Assembly (NCBI GenBank): GCA_035063585.1
Contig: JAPSGB010000045.1
Coordinates: forward strand, 1 to 35,697
Length of the DNA: 35,697 nt
Source of the DNA: Polyangiaceae bacterium
Lineage (GTDB): Bacteria; Myxococcota_A; Polyangia; Polyangiales; Polyangiaceae
Direction: 5' to 3'
A model generated the notes under the pieces. It did no database searches. It was not told the DNA's origin and worked only from the letters and a program-made list of their open reading frames with translations. Shown in pieces: positions 27,524 through 35,697 of the stretch. Every line of letters starts with the position of its first letter. Positions within the stretch are counted from its first letter, which is position 1. A program made the translations under genes and the position numbers.

Positions 27524-28557
27524 GAGCTCGGCCTCCCCGCCGCGCGCTCACGCGCGTCGTGCTCCGCGAGCGCTCGTTCGCGCTTCGCCAGGACCAGATC
27601 GGCCTCGACCATCATCTTCACGAGCTCCCCGAAGCCGACCTTCGCCTGCCAGCCGAGCGCCGCGCGCGCCTTGCTCGCGTCACCGAGCAGGAGATCGACC
27701 TCCGCGGGGCGGTCGTAGCGGGGATCGTGCTCGACGTATTTTCGGTAGTCGAGCTCGAGGTGCGAGAAGGTCGCCTCGAGGAACTCCCGCACGCTGTGGG
27801 TCTCGCCGGTCGCGAGCACGTAGTCGTCCGGCGCGGGAGCCTGCAGCATCCGCCACATGCCCTCCACGTAGTCGCCCGCGAACCCCCAGTCGCGCTTCGC
27901 CTCGAGGTTGCCCATGTAGAGCTTCTCCTGGAGGCCGAGCTTGATGCGGGTCGCGGCGCGGGTGATCTTGCGCGTCACGAACGTCTCCCCGCGACGCGGG
28001 CTCTCGTGGTTGAAGAGCAGGCCGTTCACCGCGAACATGCCGTAACCCTCGCGGTAGTTCTGCGTGATGTAGTAGGCGTAGGCCTTGGCCGCGGCGTACG
28101 GGCTCCGCGGGTGGAAGGGCGTGAGCTCGGTCTGGGGAGTCTCGCGGACCTTGCCGTAGAGCTCGCTCGAGGAGGCCTGATAGAACCTGGCCTTCAGGTT
28201 CAGGCGCCGCATCGCCTCGAGGAGCCGCACGACACCGAGCGCGGTGACCTCCCCGGTGTACTCGGGGATGTCGAAGCTCACCCGCACGTGGCTCTGCGCG
28301 GCGAGGTTGTAGATCTCGTCGGGTCGGACCTCCTCGAGGATGCTCGAGAGCGAGGACGCATCGTTCAGATCGCCGTAGACGAGCCGGAGCCGCACGCCCG
28401 CTTCGTGCGGATCGCGGTAGAGGTGCTGGATGCGATCGGTGTTGAAGCTCGATGAGCGCCGGACCACGCCGTACACTTCGTAGCCCTTCTCGAGGAGGAG
28501 CTCGGCGAGGTAGGAGCCGTCTTGCCCGGTGATCCCGGTGATGAGCGCGCGCGGCAT
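27520..28557 (-). CDS. gmd: GDP-mannose 4,6-dehydratase
   Basis: [41 protein letters not shown] and [16 protein letters not shown]. Confidence 0.97.
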   Translation of the reverse strand: MPRALITGITGQDGSYLAELLLEKGYEVYGVVRRSSSFNTDRIQHLYRDPHEAGVRLRLVYGDLNDASSLSSILEEVRPDEIYNLAAQSHVRVSFDIPEYTGEVTALGVVRLLEAMRRLNLKARFYQASSSELYGKVRETPQTELTPFHPRSPYAAAKAYAYYITQNYREGYGMFAVNGLLFNHESPRRGETFVTRKITRAATRIKLGLQEKLYMGNLEAKRDWGFAGDYVEGMWRMLQAPAPDDYVLATGETHSVREFLEATFSHLELDYRKYVEHDPRYDRPAEVDLLLGDASKARAALGWQAKVGFGELVKMMVEADLVLAKRERALAEHDARERAAGRPSS

Positions 28558-28566
28558 GCGCCGGGG

Positions 28567-28608
28567 AGTCTAGCCGCCGGGCGCGGCCCTGCCTAGCCGT
28601 GCTAGGCT
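28567..28608. promoter_or_regulatory. Candidate divergent -10 elements for gmd and cysD, with a 7-bp inverted repeat
   Basis: TAGACT on minus (28572-28567) lies 9 nt before the gmd ATG. TAGGCT on plus is at 28603-28608. GCCTAGC-cgt-GCTAGGC spans 28591-28607. Confidence 0.4.
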
Positions 28609-28624
28609 CCAGAAACCCGCCGTT

Positions 28625-29611
28625 TTGCGGGGTTTTGCTCCGGCGCGCGAGCGCCGCCTCGCGCGATCTCCCTTGCCCGACGCCCCCGCCCCCGACCCCG
28701 CGCTCGCCCCGCGCCGCCTCTCGCACCTGCGCCAGCTCGAGGCGGAGAGCATCCACATCCTGCGCGAGGTGGTCGCGGAGCTCGACCGCCCGGTCATGCT
28801 CTACAGCATCGGGAAGGACTCGAGCGTGATGGTGCGCCTGGCGGAGAAGGCCTTCGCCCCGGGCAAGCTCCCCTTCCCGCTGCTCCACATCGACACCGGG
28901 TGGAAGTTTCGCGAGATGATCGAGTTCCGCGATCGCTTCACGCGCGAGCGCGGGCACGAGCTCGTCGTCTACACGAACGAGGCGGGCGCCCGCGCCGGCG
29001 TGAACCCCTTCGACGACGGGAGCGCCCGCTACACCACCGTGATGAAGACGCACGCGCTGCTCCAGGCGCTCGAGCGCGGCGGCTACGACGCGGCCTTCGG
29101 CGGCGCGCGCCGCGACGAGGAGCGCTCCCGCGCCAAGGAGCGCATCTACTCCTTCCGCGATCGCTACGGGCAGTGGGATCCGAAGCACCAGCGCCCCGAG
29201 CTCTGGAACCTCTACAACGGCCGGGTCGGCCCGCGCGAGAGCATCCGCGCGTTCCCGCTCTCGAACTGGACGGAGCTCGACGTCTGGCTCTACATCCACG
29301 TGGAAGAGATCCCGGTGGTGCCGCTGTATTTTTCCGCCGAGCGCCCGGTGGTCGAGCGCGACGGCGCGCTCATCATGGTGGACGACGACCGCATGCGCCT
29401 CCGCCCGGGCGAGGCGCCCCGCCTCGAGCGCGTACGCTTCCGCACCCTCGGCTGCTACCCGCTCACCGGCGCGCTCCGCTCCGCCGCGGCGACCGTGCCC
29501 GAGCTCATCGACGAGATGCTCGGCGCGCGCCGCTCCGAGCGCGCCGGGCGGCTCATCGACTTCGACGAGGAGGGCTCGATGGAGGCGAAGAAGCGCGAGG
29601 GCTACTTCTGA
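28625..29611 (+). CDS. cysD: Sulfate adenylyltransferase subunit 2 (start may be TTG 28673)
   Basis: [40 protein letters not shown] and KKREGYF. Confidence 0.96.
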   Translation: MRGFAPARERRLARSPLPDAPAPDPALAPRRLSHLRQLEAESIHILREVVAELDRPVMLYSIGKDSSVMVRLAEKAFAPGKLPFPLLHIDTGWKFREMIEFRDRFTRERGHELVVYTNEAGARAGVNPFDDGSARYTTVMKTHALLQALERGGYDAAFGGARRDEERSRAKERIYSFRDRYGQWDPKHQRPELWNLYNGRVGPRESIRAFPLSNWTELDVWLYIHVEEIPVVPLYFSAERPVVERDGALIMVDDDRMRLRPGEAPRLERVRFRTLGCYPLTGALRSAAATVPELIDEMLGARRSERAGRLIDFDEEGSMEAKKREGYF

Positions 29612-31539
29612 TGTCCGCCGAGCACGACCCGCGGCTCGCGGCGCGGCTCGCGCGCGACGAGGCGAAGGAGCTCCTCCGCTTCGTCACGGTGGGCTCGGTC
29701 GACGACGGCAAGAGCACGCTCATCGGCCGGCTCCTCCACGACGCCAGCGGCCTCTATGAAGATCAGCTCGCCGCGGTGAAGCGCGCCTCGCGCCGCGCCG
29801 GCGCCGAGCTCGATCTCTCCTTCTTCACCGACGGCCTCGAGGCCGAGCGCGCGCAGGGGATTACGATAGACGTAGCTTATAGGTATTTCTCGACCGATAA
29901 GAGAAAATTTATCATCGCCGACACCCCCGGCCACCTCGAATACACGCGCAACATGGCGACCGGCGCCTCCACCGCCGACGCCGCCGTCATCCTCATCGAC
30001 GCCGAGCGCGGCGCGACCGAGCAGTCCCGCCGCCACGCGTTCATCGCGTCGCTGCTCGGCATCCCCGAGCTGGTCGTCTGCGTGAACAAGATGGATCTGG
30101 TCGGCTGGCGCGAGGAGCGCTTCACGCGCGCGGTCGACGAGCTCTCGGCGTTCACGCGCCGGCTCCGCTTCCGCGAGCTCCGCTTCATCCCGGTGTGCGC
30201 GCGCGAGGGCGACAACGTGGTCCGCCGGAGCGAGCGCCTAGAGTTCTACGCCGGGCCCACGCTCCTCGAGCACCTCGAGACGCTCCCCATCCGCGCGAGC
30301 GCTCCCGGCGGTGAGCTCCGCTACCCGGTCCAGCTCGTGCTCCGTGACCGCGACGGGTACCGCGGCTACGCCGGCCAGCTCGCCTCCGGGGTGGTCCGCC
30401 CGGGCGATCGGGTGATGGTCTTGCCTTCACGGCGCGAAGCCACCGTGACGAACATCGACACCATGGACGGCGCGCTCCCGGAGGCGCGCGCGCCGATGAG
30501 CGTCGCGCTCCGGCTCGACGAAGAGCTCGACGTGGGGCGCGGCGCTCTCATCGTCCCGGGCGGGAGCGCGATTCAGGCGGCCGAGCGCTTCGACGCGACG
30601 CTCGTGTGGATGAGCGCCCGCCCGCTCGAGCCCGGCCGGAGCTACCTCCTCAAGCACACCACGCGCACGCTCCGCGCCGACGTCGAGCGGGTCCAGTTCG
30701 CCACGGATCTCACCGAGCTCACCGAGCTCCCCGCCGAGACGCTCCGCGCGAACGACATCGGACGCGTCACGATCGCCTGTCGCGCGCCGGTGTTCTGCGA
30801 CCCTTACGTCGACAACCGCGTGACCGGCGCGTTCATCCTGATCGATCCCGCCACCAACGACACGGTCGCCGCCGGGATGATCGAGGCCTTGGGCATCGTC
30901 CCGTGGCGGGAGGGCCCGGGCGCGCTTCATGGCCGCTCGGCGGACGCCGCGAACGCGCCGGTCGCCGGCGCGGCGGCGCGCCGCGACGACCCGCGGCGCG
31001 CGGGCTTCGTGCTCTGGTTCACCGGGCTGAGCGGCGCGGGCAAGAGCACCCTCGCGCGCCTCGTGGCCGGGGCGCTCGAGCGTCGTAAGTTCCACGTGGA
31101 ATCGCTCGATGGCGACGAGATCCGAGAGACGCTCTCGCGCGATCTCGGGTTCTCGCGTGAAGATCGCGACGAGAACGTCCGGCGCATCGGGTTCGTGGCG
31201 AAGCTCGTGGCGCGGAGCGGCGGCGTCGCCATCGCCGCGGCCATCAGCCCTTATCGCGCCGCCCGCGACGAGCTCCGCCGCGACATCCCGCGCTTCTGCG
31301 AGATCTACTGCGAGTGCCCGCTCGAGGCGCTCACGGCGCGCGATCCGAAGGGCCTCTACCAGCGCGCGCTCGCGGGCGAGCTCCCGCATTTCACCGGTGT
31401 GAGCGATCCGTACGAGCCCCCGCTCGCGCCCGACGTCCACCTCCGCACCGATCTCGAGCGCCCCGAAGCGAGCGTGCGAAAGCTCCTCGCTCGCCTCGAA
31501 GCGCTCGGGTTCATCGAGCCCGAGGGCGGCGCGGAGTGA
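29611..31539 (+). CDS. cysNC: Bifunctional sulfate adenylyltransferase subunit 1 / APS kinase (CysN-CysC, NodQ-like)
   Basis: [31 protein letters not shown] and NKMD, then [12 protein letters not shown] and RDPKGLY. Start is ATG 29611 (TGATG overlap with cysD). Confidence 0.95.
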   Translation: MSAEHDPRLAARLARDEAKELLRFVTVGSVDDGKSTLIGRLLHDASGLYEDQLAAVKRASRRAGAELDLSFFTDGLEAERAQGITIDVAYRYFSTDKRKFIIADTPGHLEYTRNMATGASTADAAVILIDAERGATEQSRRHAFIASLLGIPELVVCVNKMDLVGWREERFTRAVDELSAFTRRLRFRELRFIPVCAREGDNVVRRSERLEFYAGPTLLEHLETLPIRASAPGGELRYPVQLVLRDRDGYRGYAGQLASGVVRPGDRVMVLPSRREATVTNIDTMDGALPEARAPMSVALRLDEELDVGRGALIVPGGSAIQAAERFDATLVWMSARPLEPGRSYLLKHTTRTLRADVERVQFATDLTELTELPAETLRANDIGRVTIACRAPVFCDPYVDNRVTGAFILIDPATNDTVAAGMIEALGIVPWREGPGALHGRSADAANAPVAGAAARRDDPRRAGFVLWFTGLSGAGKSTLARLVAGALERRKFHVESLDGDEIRETLSRDLGFSREDRDENVRRIGFVAKLVARSGGVAIAAAISPYRAARDELRRDIPRFCEIYCECPLEALTARDPKGLYQRALAGELPHFTGVSDPYEPPLAPDVHLRTDLERPEASVRKLLARLEALGFIEPEGGAE

Positions 31540-33053
31540 GCCTCCAGAGGGCGAACGGAGAGGACGGCGCGCCCGGGCGCCGGGCGAAGACTAGCGCTCG
31601 CGCGCCCGCGCTCGTCCGCGCCGCAGGGCTCGCGTGGCTGCTCGGGTCCTTGGTCGGGCTCGTCGCGGCCGGCGGCGCGTGCCAGCGGCGCGACGCGCCG
31701 CGCCCCGCACCGAGCGGTTCCGCGCCGGACCGACCCCCCGCTCCCCGCCCGCCCGCCGGAAGCGCGCCGCGCCCGGGCGACGCCGCGCCGGCGGCGGATG
31801 GCGGCGCCGCTCCGGGCGCGGCGGGGCGCGCGACGCTCGGTTCCATTCGGAACGTGCTCTTCATCAGCGTCGACTCGCTGCGCTCCGATCAGCCCTGGAC
31901 GGGCTATCCGCGCGACGTCGCGCCGAACCTCACGCGGCTCGCGAAGGAGAGCGTGGTATACGCGAACGCTTACGCGCTCTCGAGCTACACGTCGATGTCG
32001 CTCGGGGGGCTGATGGCGGCGCGCTACCCGTCGGAGCTGCCGCGCGACGGCCACACGACGAGCCGATTTTTCCCGGATCGCATCGATTTTCTGGCAGAGC
32101 TCCTGCAAGCGGCGGGCGTGCGGACCATCGGCGTGATGGGCCATGTGTATTTCGCGGGCGACACCGGGATCAGCGCGGGCTTCGACGACTGGCGCGTGAT
32201 CGCGCGAGTAAACGAGCTCGTGGTGCGCGACGGCGCGGTCACCGACGACAAGCTCGCCGACCTGATGATCGCCGCGCTCGACGACCACCAGCGCGCGCGC
32301 GCCGGCGCTCGCTTCTTCGCGTGGGTGCACTTCATGGATCCGCACTTCGCATACGTGCGGCACGCGGGGTTCCCGAGCTTCTCCGGGGAGCCCGCCGGTT
32401 CACCGCTCGGCAAGGTGGGGCAAGCTCGGCGCGATCGCTACGACGGCGAGGTCGCCTTCACCGACGCGCAGATCGGGCGCGTGCTCGAGCGCCTGCGCGC
32501 CTCTCCGTGGGCGAGTGAGACGGCCATCATCGTGACCGCCGATCATGGGGAGGCGTTCGGCGAGCACAAGAGCTACTACGAGCACGGGTATTATCTCTTC
32601 GACGTCACCACGCGCGTGCCGCTGATGTTCCACGTGCCCGGGGTGCCAGCCGCTCGCGTCGAAGCGCGCCGGAGCCACCTCGACCTCGCGAAGACCGTGC
32701 TCGAGCTCCTCGGCGTGAAGCCCGGCCGCGAGATGCGCGGCGTGAGCCTGGTACCGGAGCTGCTCGACGCGGGTCGGGGAGCCGGCGCGGCGGCGCGCGA
32801 TCTCGTGATCGACATGCCGTACTCGGATCAGGCGCCGCGCCGGCGCGCGCTCATCCACGGCGCGCACAAGCTCATCGAGACGGACAACGGCACGCGCTCG
32901 CTGCTGTTCGACCTCGACGCCGATCCGCTCGAACAGCGCGATCTGGCCGCCGAGGAGCCCGCGCTCTTCCAGGAGATGGAGCGCCGGCTCCGGGCCGTGA
33001 ACGAAAGCGCGCCGGACTTCCCCGCGCCGCGGCTCACCCGGCGGCGATACTGA
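31536..33053 (+). CDS. Sulfatase-like hydrolase/transferase (alkaline phosphatase superfamily), probable lipoprotein
   Basis: [28 protein letters not shown] and TADHGE; hydrophobic segment ending GGAC plus a Pro-rich linker. GTG 31536 overlaps the cysNC stop. Confidence 0.85.
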   Translation: MSLQRANGEDGAPGRRAKTSARAPALVRAAGLAWLLGSLVGLVAAGGACQRRDAPRPAPSGSAPDRPPAPRPPAGSAPRPGDAAPAADGGAAPGAAGRATLGSIRNVLFISVDSLRSDQPWTGYPRDVAPNLTRLAKESVVYANAYALSSYTSMSLGGLMAARYPSELPRDGHTTSRFFPDRIDFLAELLQAAGVRTIGVMGHVYFAGDTGISAGFDDWRVIARVNELVVRDGAVTDDKLADLMIAALDDHQRARAGARFFAWVHFMDPHFAYVRHAGFPSFSGEPAGSPLGKVGQARRDRYDGEVAFTDAQIGRVLERLRASPWASETAIIVTADHGEAFGEHKSYYEHGYYLFDVTTRVPLMFHVPGVPAARVEARRSHLDLAKTVLELLGVKPGREMRGVSLVPELLDAGRGAGAAARDLVIDMPYSDQAPRRRALIHGAHKLIETDNGTRSLLFDLDADPLEQRDLAAEEPALFQEMERRLRAVNESAPDFPAPRLTRRRY

Positions 33054-33089
33054 CGCCCGCCCCCCCCGCGAGCCGCTCCGCGCCGCGGC

Positions 33090-34010
33090 TCAGTTGCCGG
33101 CCATCTTCGCGACCTCGGCCGCGAAGTCCTCACCCTGCGGCTTCTCGATGCCCTCGCCGAGCTGGTAGCGCACGAAGCGCGTGAGCTCGAGCGACACCCC
33201 GAGCGATTTCGCGAGCTCGGCGCGCTGCTGCTCGATGGTCTTCGAGCTGTCGAGGACGCTCTCCTGCTCGAGCAGGCAGACCTCCTTCATCCACTTCGCG
33301 ATCTTGCCCTCGATGACCTTGCCGCGCTTGTCCTCGGGGACCTTGCCCTCCTCGGCGAGCTGCCCGGCGAAGATATCCGCTTGCTTTGCCTGGTCCGCCT
33401 CGGGGACGTCCGCCTTCGTCAGATAGAGCGGCGCCATCGCGGCGATCTGCATCGCGACGTCGTTCAGGAAGCCGGCGAAGTCTGCGGCCCGGTCGGCGCG
33501 CGCGGAGAGCACGACGCCAATCTTGCCGCCCATGTGCACGTAGCTCGCGACGGCGCCGGCGCCCTCGGCCGCGACCGCGTCGAAGCGGCGCACGGTGATG
33601 TTCTCACCGAGCCGTCCGACCAGCGCGGCGCGGGCGTCCTCTACCGTGCCGGCGCCGCCCGGGAAGGGCTCCGCGCCGAGCTCCGCCCCCGGCTTCGCCT
33701 GCTCCGCGGCGTCGAGCACCTTCTGCACGAACGCGCGAAAATCCTCGTTTCGCGCCGCGAAATCCGTCTGGATGTTCACCTCGACGATGGTCGCGCGCTT
33801 GCCGTCCGCGGTGACGCGCGCGGCGACCTCGCCCTCGGTGGCGACCGCGCCGGCGCGCTTCACGCTCTTGGCGAGCCCCTTCTTCAGGATGATCTCGACG
33901 GCCTTCTCCATGTCGCCGTTCGATTCCACGAGCGCGCTCCGGCAGTCGTTGAGCCCCGCCTGCGTCCGGTCACGAAGCTCCTTCACCTCTTGCATGTTCA
34001 CGTTTGCCAT
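33090..34010 (-). CDS. tsf: Translation elongation factor Ts
   Basis: VKELRDRT, EVNIQTDFAARN, ENITVRRF, AMQIAAM and DFAAEVAKM; downstream of rpsB. Confidence 0.97.
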   Translation of the reverse strand: MANVNMQEVKELRDRTQAGLNDCRSALVESNGDMEKAVEIILKKGLAKSVKRAGAVATEGEVAARVTADGKRATIVEVNIQTDFAARNEDFRAFVQKVLDAAEQAKPGAELGAEPFPGGAGTVEDARAALVGRLGENITVRRFDAVAAEGAGAVASYVHMGGKIGVVLSARADRAADFAGFLNDVAMQIAAMAPLYLTKADVPEADQAKQADIFAGQLAEEGKVPEDKRGKVIEGKIAKWMKEVCLLEQESVLDSSKTIEQQRAELAKSLGVSLELTRFVRYQLGEGIEKPQGEDFAAEVAKMAGN

Positions 34011-34199
34011 TGTGTATCGCCTCAGAGAGAGTGGCCCGCGCGCTGCTCGAGGCGGCGCGTGAGCCGTGTCGTCGTTCCACTCGGCCGCCGGGAGCGCGAG
34101 CGCGCTCCCGTGCCGTCTTCGTTCCTTGCGCGCCAGCCAGCGCCGGCCCGCCTCACTTTCCTTCAGGAAATACTCGGCGCGCCGCTCGCGCGCCTCGAC

Positions 34200-35117
34200 T
34201 CACGACGGCTGGCGGCTGCGCGGAGCCTGGTAGACGTCCGCCTCCGGGCCGTGGCCCTGGCGCCCGCCGCCCTCGCGCGCCGCGTGGTGCTCGCGGCGCC
34301 TCGCCATCCCGAGCACGCAGGCGTCCGCGACCGCGCCGGTGATGAGCCGGATCGAGCGGATCGCGTCGTCGTTACCGGGGATCACGTAGTCGACCTGGTC
34401 CGGATCGCAGTTGGTGTCGGTGATGGCGACCACCGGGACGTGCAGCTTGCGCGCCTCCTTCACGGCGATGGCTTCCTGCATCGGATCGATGATGAACACC
34501 GCCTGGGGCAGCGAGCCCATGCCCTTCAGGCCGCCGATGTACTTCTCGAGCCGCGCGCGCTCCTTCTCGAGCCGCACCGTCTCCTTCTTCGGGATCTGCG
34601 CGTAGGTGCCGTCTTCACGCATGCGCTCGATGCTGCGCAGGCGGTCGAGGCCCTGCTTGATGGTGCGGAAATTGGTGAGCGTGCCGCCGAGCCAGCGGTT
34701 GGTGACGAAGTACATCCCGGCGCGCGCCGCCTCTTCCTGCACGATCTCCTGCGCCTGCCGCTTGGTGCCGACGAAGAGCACGCTGCCGCCGCGACCGACC
34801 GTGTCGGTCAGGAAGTCGAACGCGCGCTTGAAGAGGTTCACCGTCTGGTCGAGATCCACGATGTGGATGCCGCCGCGCGAGCCGTAGATGAAGGGTCGCA
34901 TCTTCGGGTTCCAGCGCTTCGTCTGGTGGCCGAAGTGCACCCCGGCCTCGAACAGATCGCGGACGCCGAGCGGCTCGGCGGCGTCGCGGAGCTTGCGCTC
35001 ACCGCCCTCGGCGAGCGCGCGCTCACCGGCGAGCGCGGCGGTCTTCGGGACCTCGGTGGCGTGAGGGGGCGGGGTGGCGATTTCGTCGCCCATCGCGGGC
35101 GTAGTCTCGTCGGTCAT
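34200..35117 (-). CDS. rpsB: 30S ribosomal protein S2
   Basis: [34 protein letters not shown] and [16 protein letters not shown] Shine-Dalgarno upstream. Confidence 0.98.
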   Translation of the reverse strand: MTDETTPAMGDEIATPPPHATEVPKTAALAGERALAEGGERKLRDAAEPLGVRDLFEAGVHFGHQTKRWNPKMRPFIYGSRGGIHIVDLDQTVNLFKRAFDFLTDTVGRGGSVLFVGTKRQAQEIVQEEAARAGMYFVTNRWLGGTLTNFRTIKQGLDRLRSIERMREDGTYAQIPKKETVRLEKERARLEKYIGGLKGMGSLPQAVFIIDPMQEAIAVKEARKLHVPVVAITDTNCDPDQVDYVIPGNDDAIRSIRLITGAVADACVLGMARRREHHAAREGGGRQGHGPEADVYQAPRSRQPS

Positions 35118-35134
35118 GCTGCGCTGCTCCTTCC

Positions 35135-35212
35135 GGTTTGGCCTCCGCTCCCCGCCGGGCTAGCCCTCGTGTGAGAGCACCGGACCCGGTCGTCTGCGCT
35201 GGGAGCGTGCGA
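35135..35212 (-). ncRNA. rpsB 5' leader (S2 autoregulatory RNA element)
   Basis: The minus strand reads GCACGCUCCC...CCGGUGC...GGGAGCGGAGGCCAAACC. CGCUCCC pairs with GGGAGCG and is followed by GGAGGC and ACC, as in known rpsB leaders. Confidence 0.7.
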
Positions 35213-35243
35213 GCTATCCCCGGCGAGATTGCCGGGGGCGCGG

Positions 35244-35272
35244 AACCTAGCGCACGGGACAGCGCTCGTAAA
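35244..35272 (-). promoter_or_regulatory. Sigma70-type promoter of rpsB-tsf
   Basis: TTTACG (35272-35267), 17-nt spacer, TAGGTT (35249-35244), just upstream of the leader. Confidence 0.65.
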
Positions 35273-35396
35273 GGCCTCCCCGAGAGCGCGCGCCGCCGAG
35301 CGGGCGCGCGGGGATTTGCGCCAGATCCTGCCGGTTCGGCGCGGCCGGCGGCGCGGCGCCGCGCGCCCGCGCCTCGCGACCTCGCCGCCCCTCCAA

Positions 35397-35696
35397 CTAG
35401 AGCCCGGACGCCGGCAGCACCGGCGAGAGCGGCTTCGGCCCCGTCGGCCGCGGCTTCGGCACGGGGGGTCGCGGCCGAAGCGAAGGCGGCGGCGGCCGGC
35501 TAACCGGCCGCAAGCCCGCGTGCGCGGCCCCCGCGCTCTCTGCCGCTGGCGGGGCGCTCTCCGCCGCGGACGGCGTGCTCTCTGCGGCCGACGGCGCGCT
35601 CTCTGCGGCCGACGGCGCGCTCTCTGCGGCCGACGGCGCGCTCTCTGCGGCCGACGGCGCGCTCTCTGCGGCCGACGGCGCGCTCTCTGCGGCCGA
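35397..35696 (-). CDS. C-terminal fragment of a protein with (PSAAESA)n repeats and a Pro-rich tail (partial)
   Basis: 100 open codons ending ...PPPPSLRPRPPVPKPRPTGPKPLSPVLPASGL* with TAG at 35399-35397. Several repeat variants are synonymous in this frame. Confidence 0.7.
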   Translation of the reverse strand, partial: SAAESAPSAAESAPSAAESAPSAAESAPSAAESAPSAAESTPSAAESAPPAAESAGAAHAGLRPVSRPPPPSLRPRPPVPKPRPTGPKPLSPVLPASGL

Positions 35697-35697
35697 C
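35533..35697. repeat. 21-bp tandem repeat GCGCTCTCTGCGGCCGACGGC, 7 full units plus a partial unit, running off the window
   Basis: Units start at 35533, 35554, 35575, 35596, 35617, 35638, 35659 and 35680; the first three are variant. Confidence 0.95.

Noticed and set aside
28900..29610. N-terminal extensions given by the ORF track for cysNC, cyclase, B2, sulfatase, wzt, wzm and the dTMP-kinase-like gene
   Set aside because: Most overlap upstream genes in other frames, and coupled starts (TGATG or GTGA) or a closer start codon give more plausible boundaries.
33070..33091. Terminator hairpin GAGCCGC-N8-GCGGCTC between the sulfatase-like gene and tsf
   Set aside because: There is no U-tract, and 7-bp GC stems arise readily by chance at this composition.
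35533..35697. Possible CRISPR array
   Set aside because: The units are head-to-tail with no spacers, 21 bp is a multiple of three, and variants preserve a reading frame.

Overview
This is a high-GC bacterial window, probably from a myxobacterium (inferred from codon usage, a Gly-linker lipoprotein and a Pro-rich C-terminus). It holds a large surface-polysaccharide locus that ends at the housekeeping genes tsf-rpsB. The left part is a minus-strand glycan operon with mosaic GC content: GT4, dTMP-kinase-like, APH-like kinase, Wzy-like, Wzx-like, GT, a methyltransferase pseudogene, GT4, a PglE-type aminotransferase and a methyltransferase. It is followed by wzc and an O-antigen-ligase-like/TPR gene. 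The centre is a divergent pair of operons: wzm / nucleotidyltransferase / wzt on the minus strand, and a 1309-aa FG-GAP lipoprotein followed by a complete lasso-peptide cassette on the plus strand. The cassette has an RRE, B2 peptidase, cyclase, a 57-aa precursor missing from the ORF track (25639-25812, predicted core GNAGFGGDGQAGSLS) and an HPr-kinase-like gene. The right part has fcl-gmd, cysD-cysNC, a Thr-type sulfatase-like lipoprotein, tsf, rpsB with its leader RNA, and the 3' end of a repeat-containing gene. The main candidate new system is a Ser-terminated lasso peptide whose tailoring nucleotidyltransferase sits inside a Wzm/Wzt glycan exporter operon, suggesting a lasso-peptide/glycan conjugate. 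All family assignments come from motif recognition by eye; no database searches were run.
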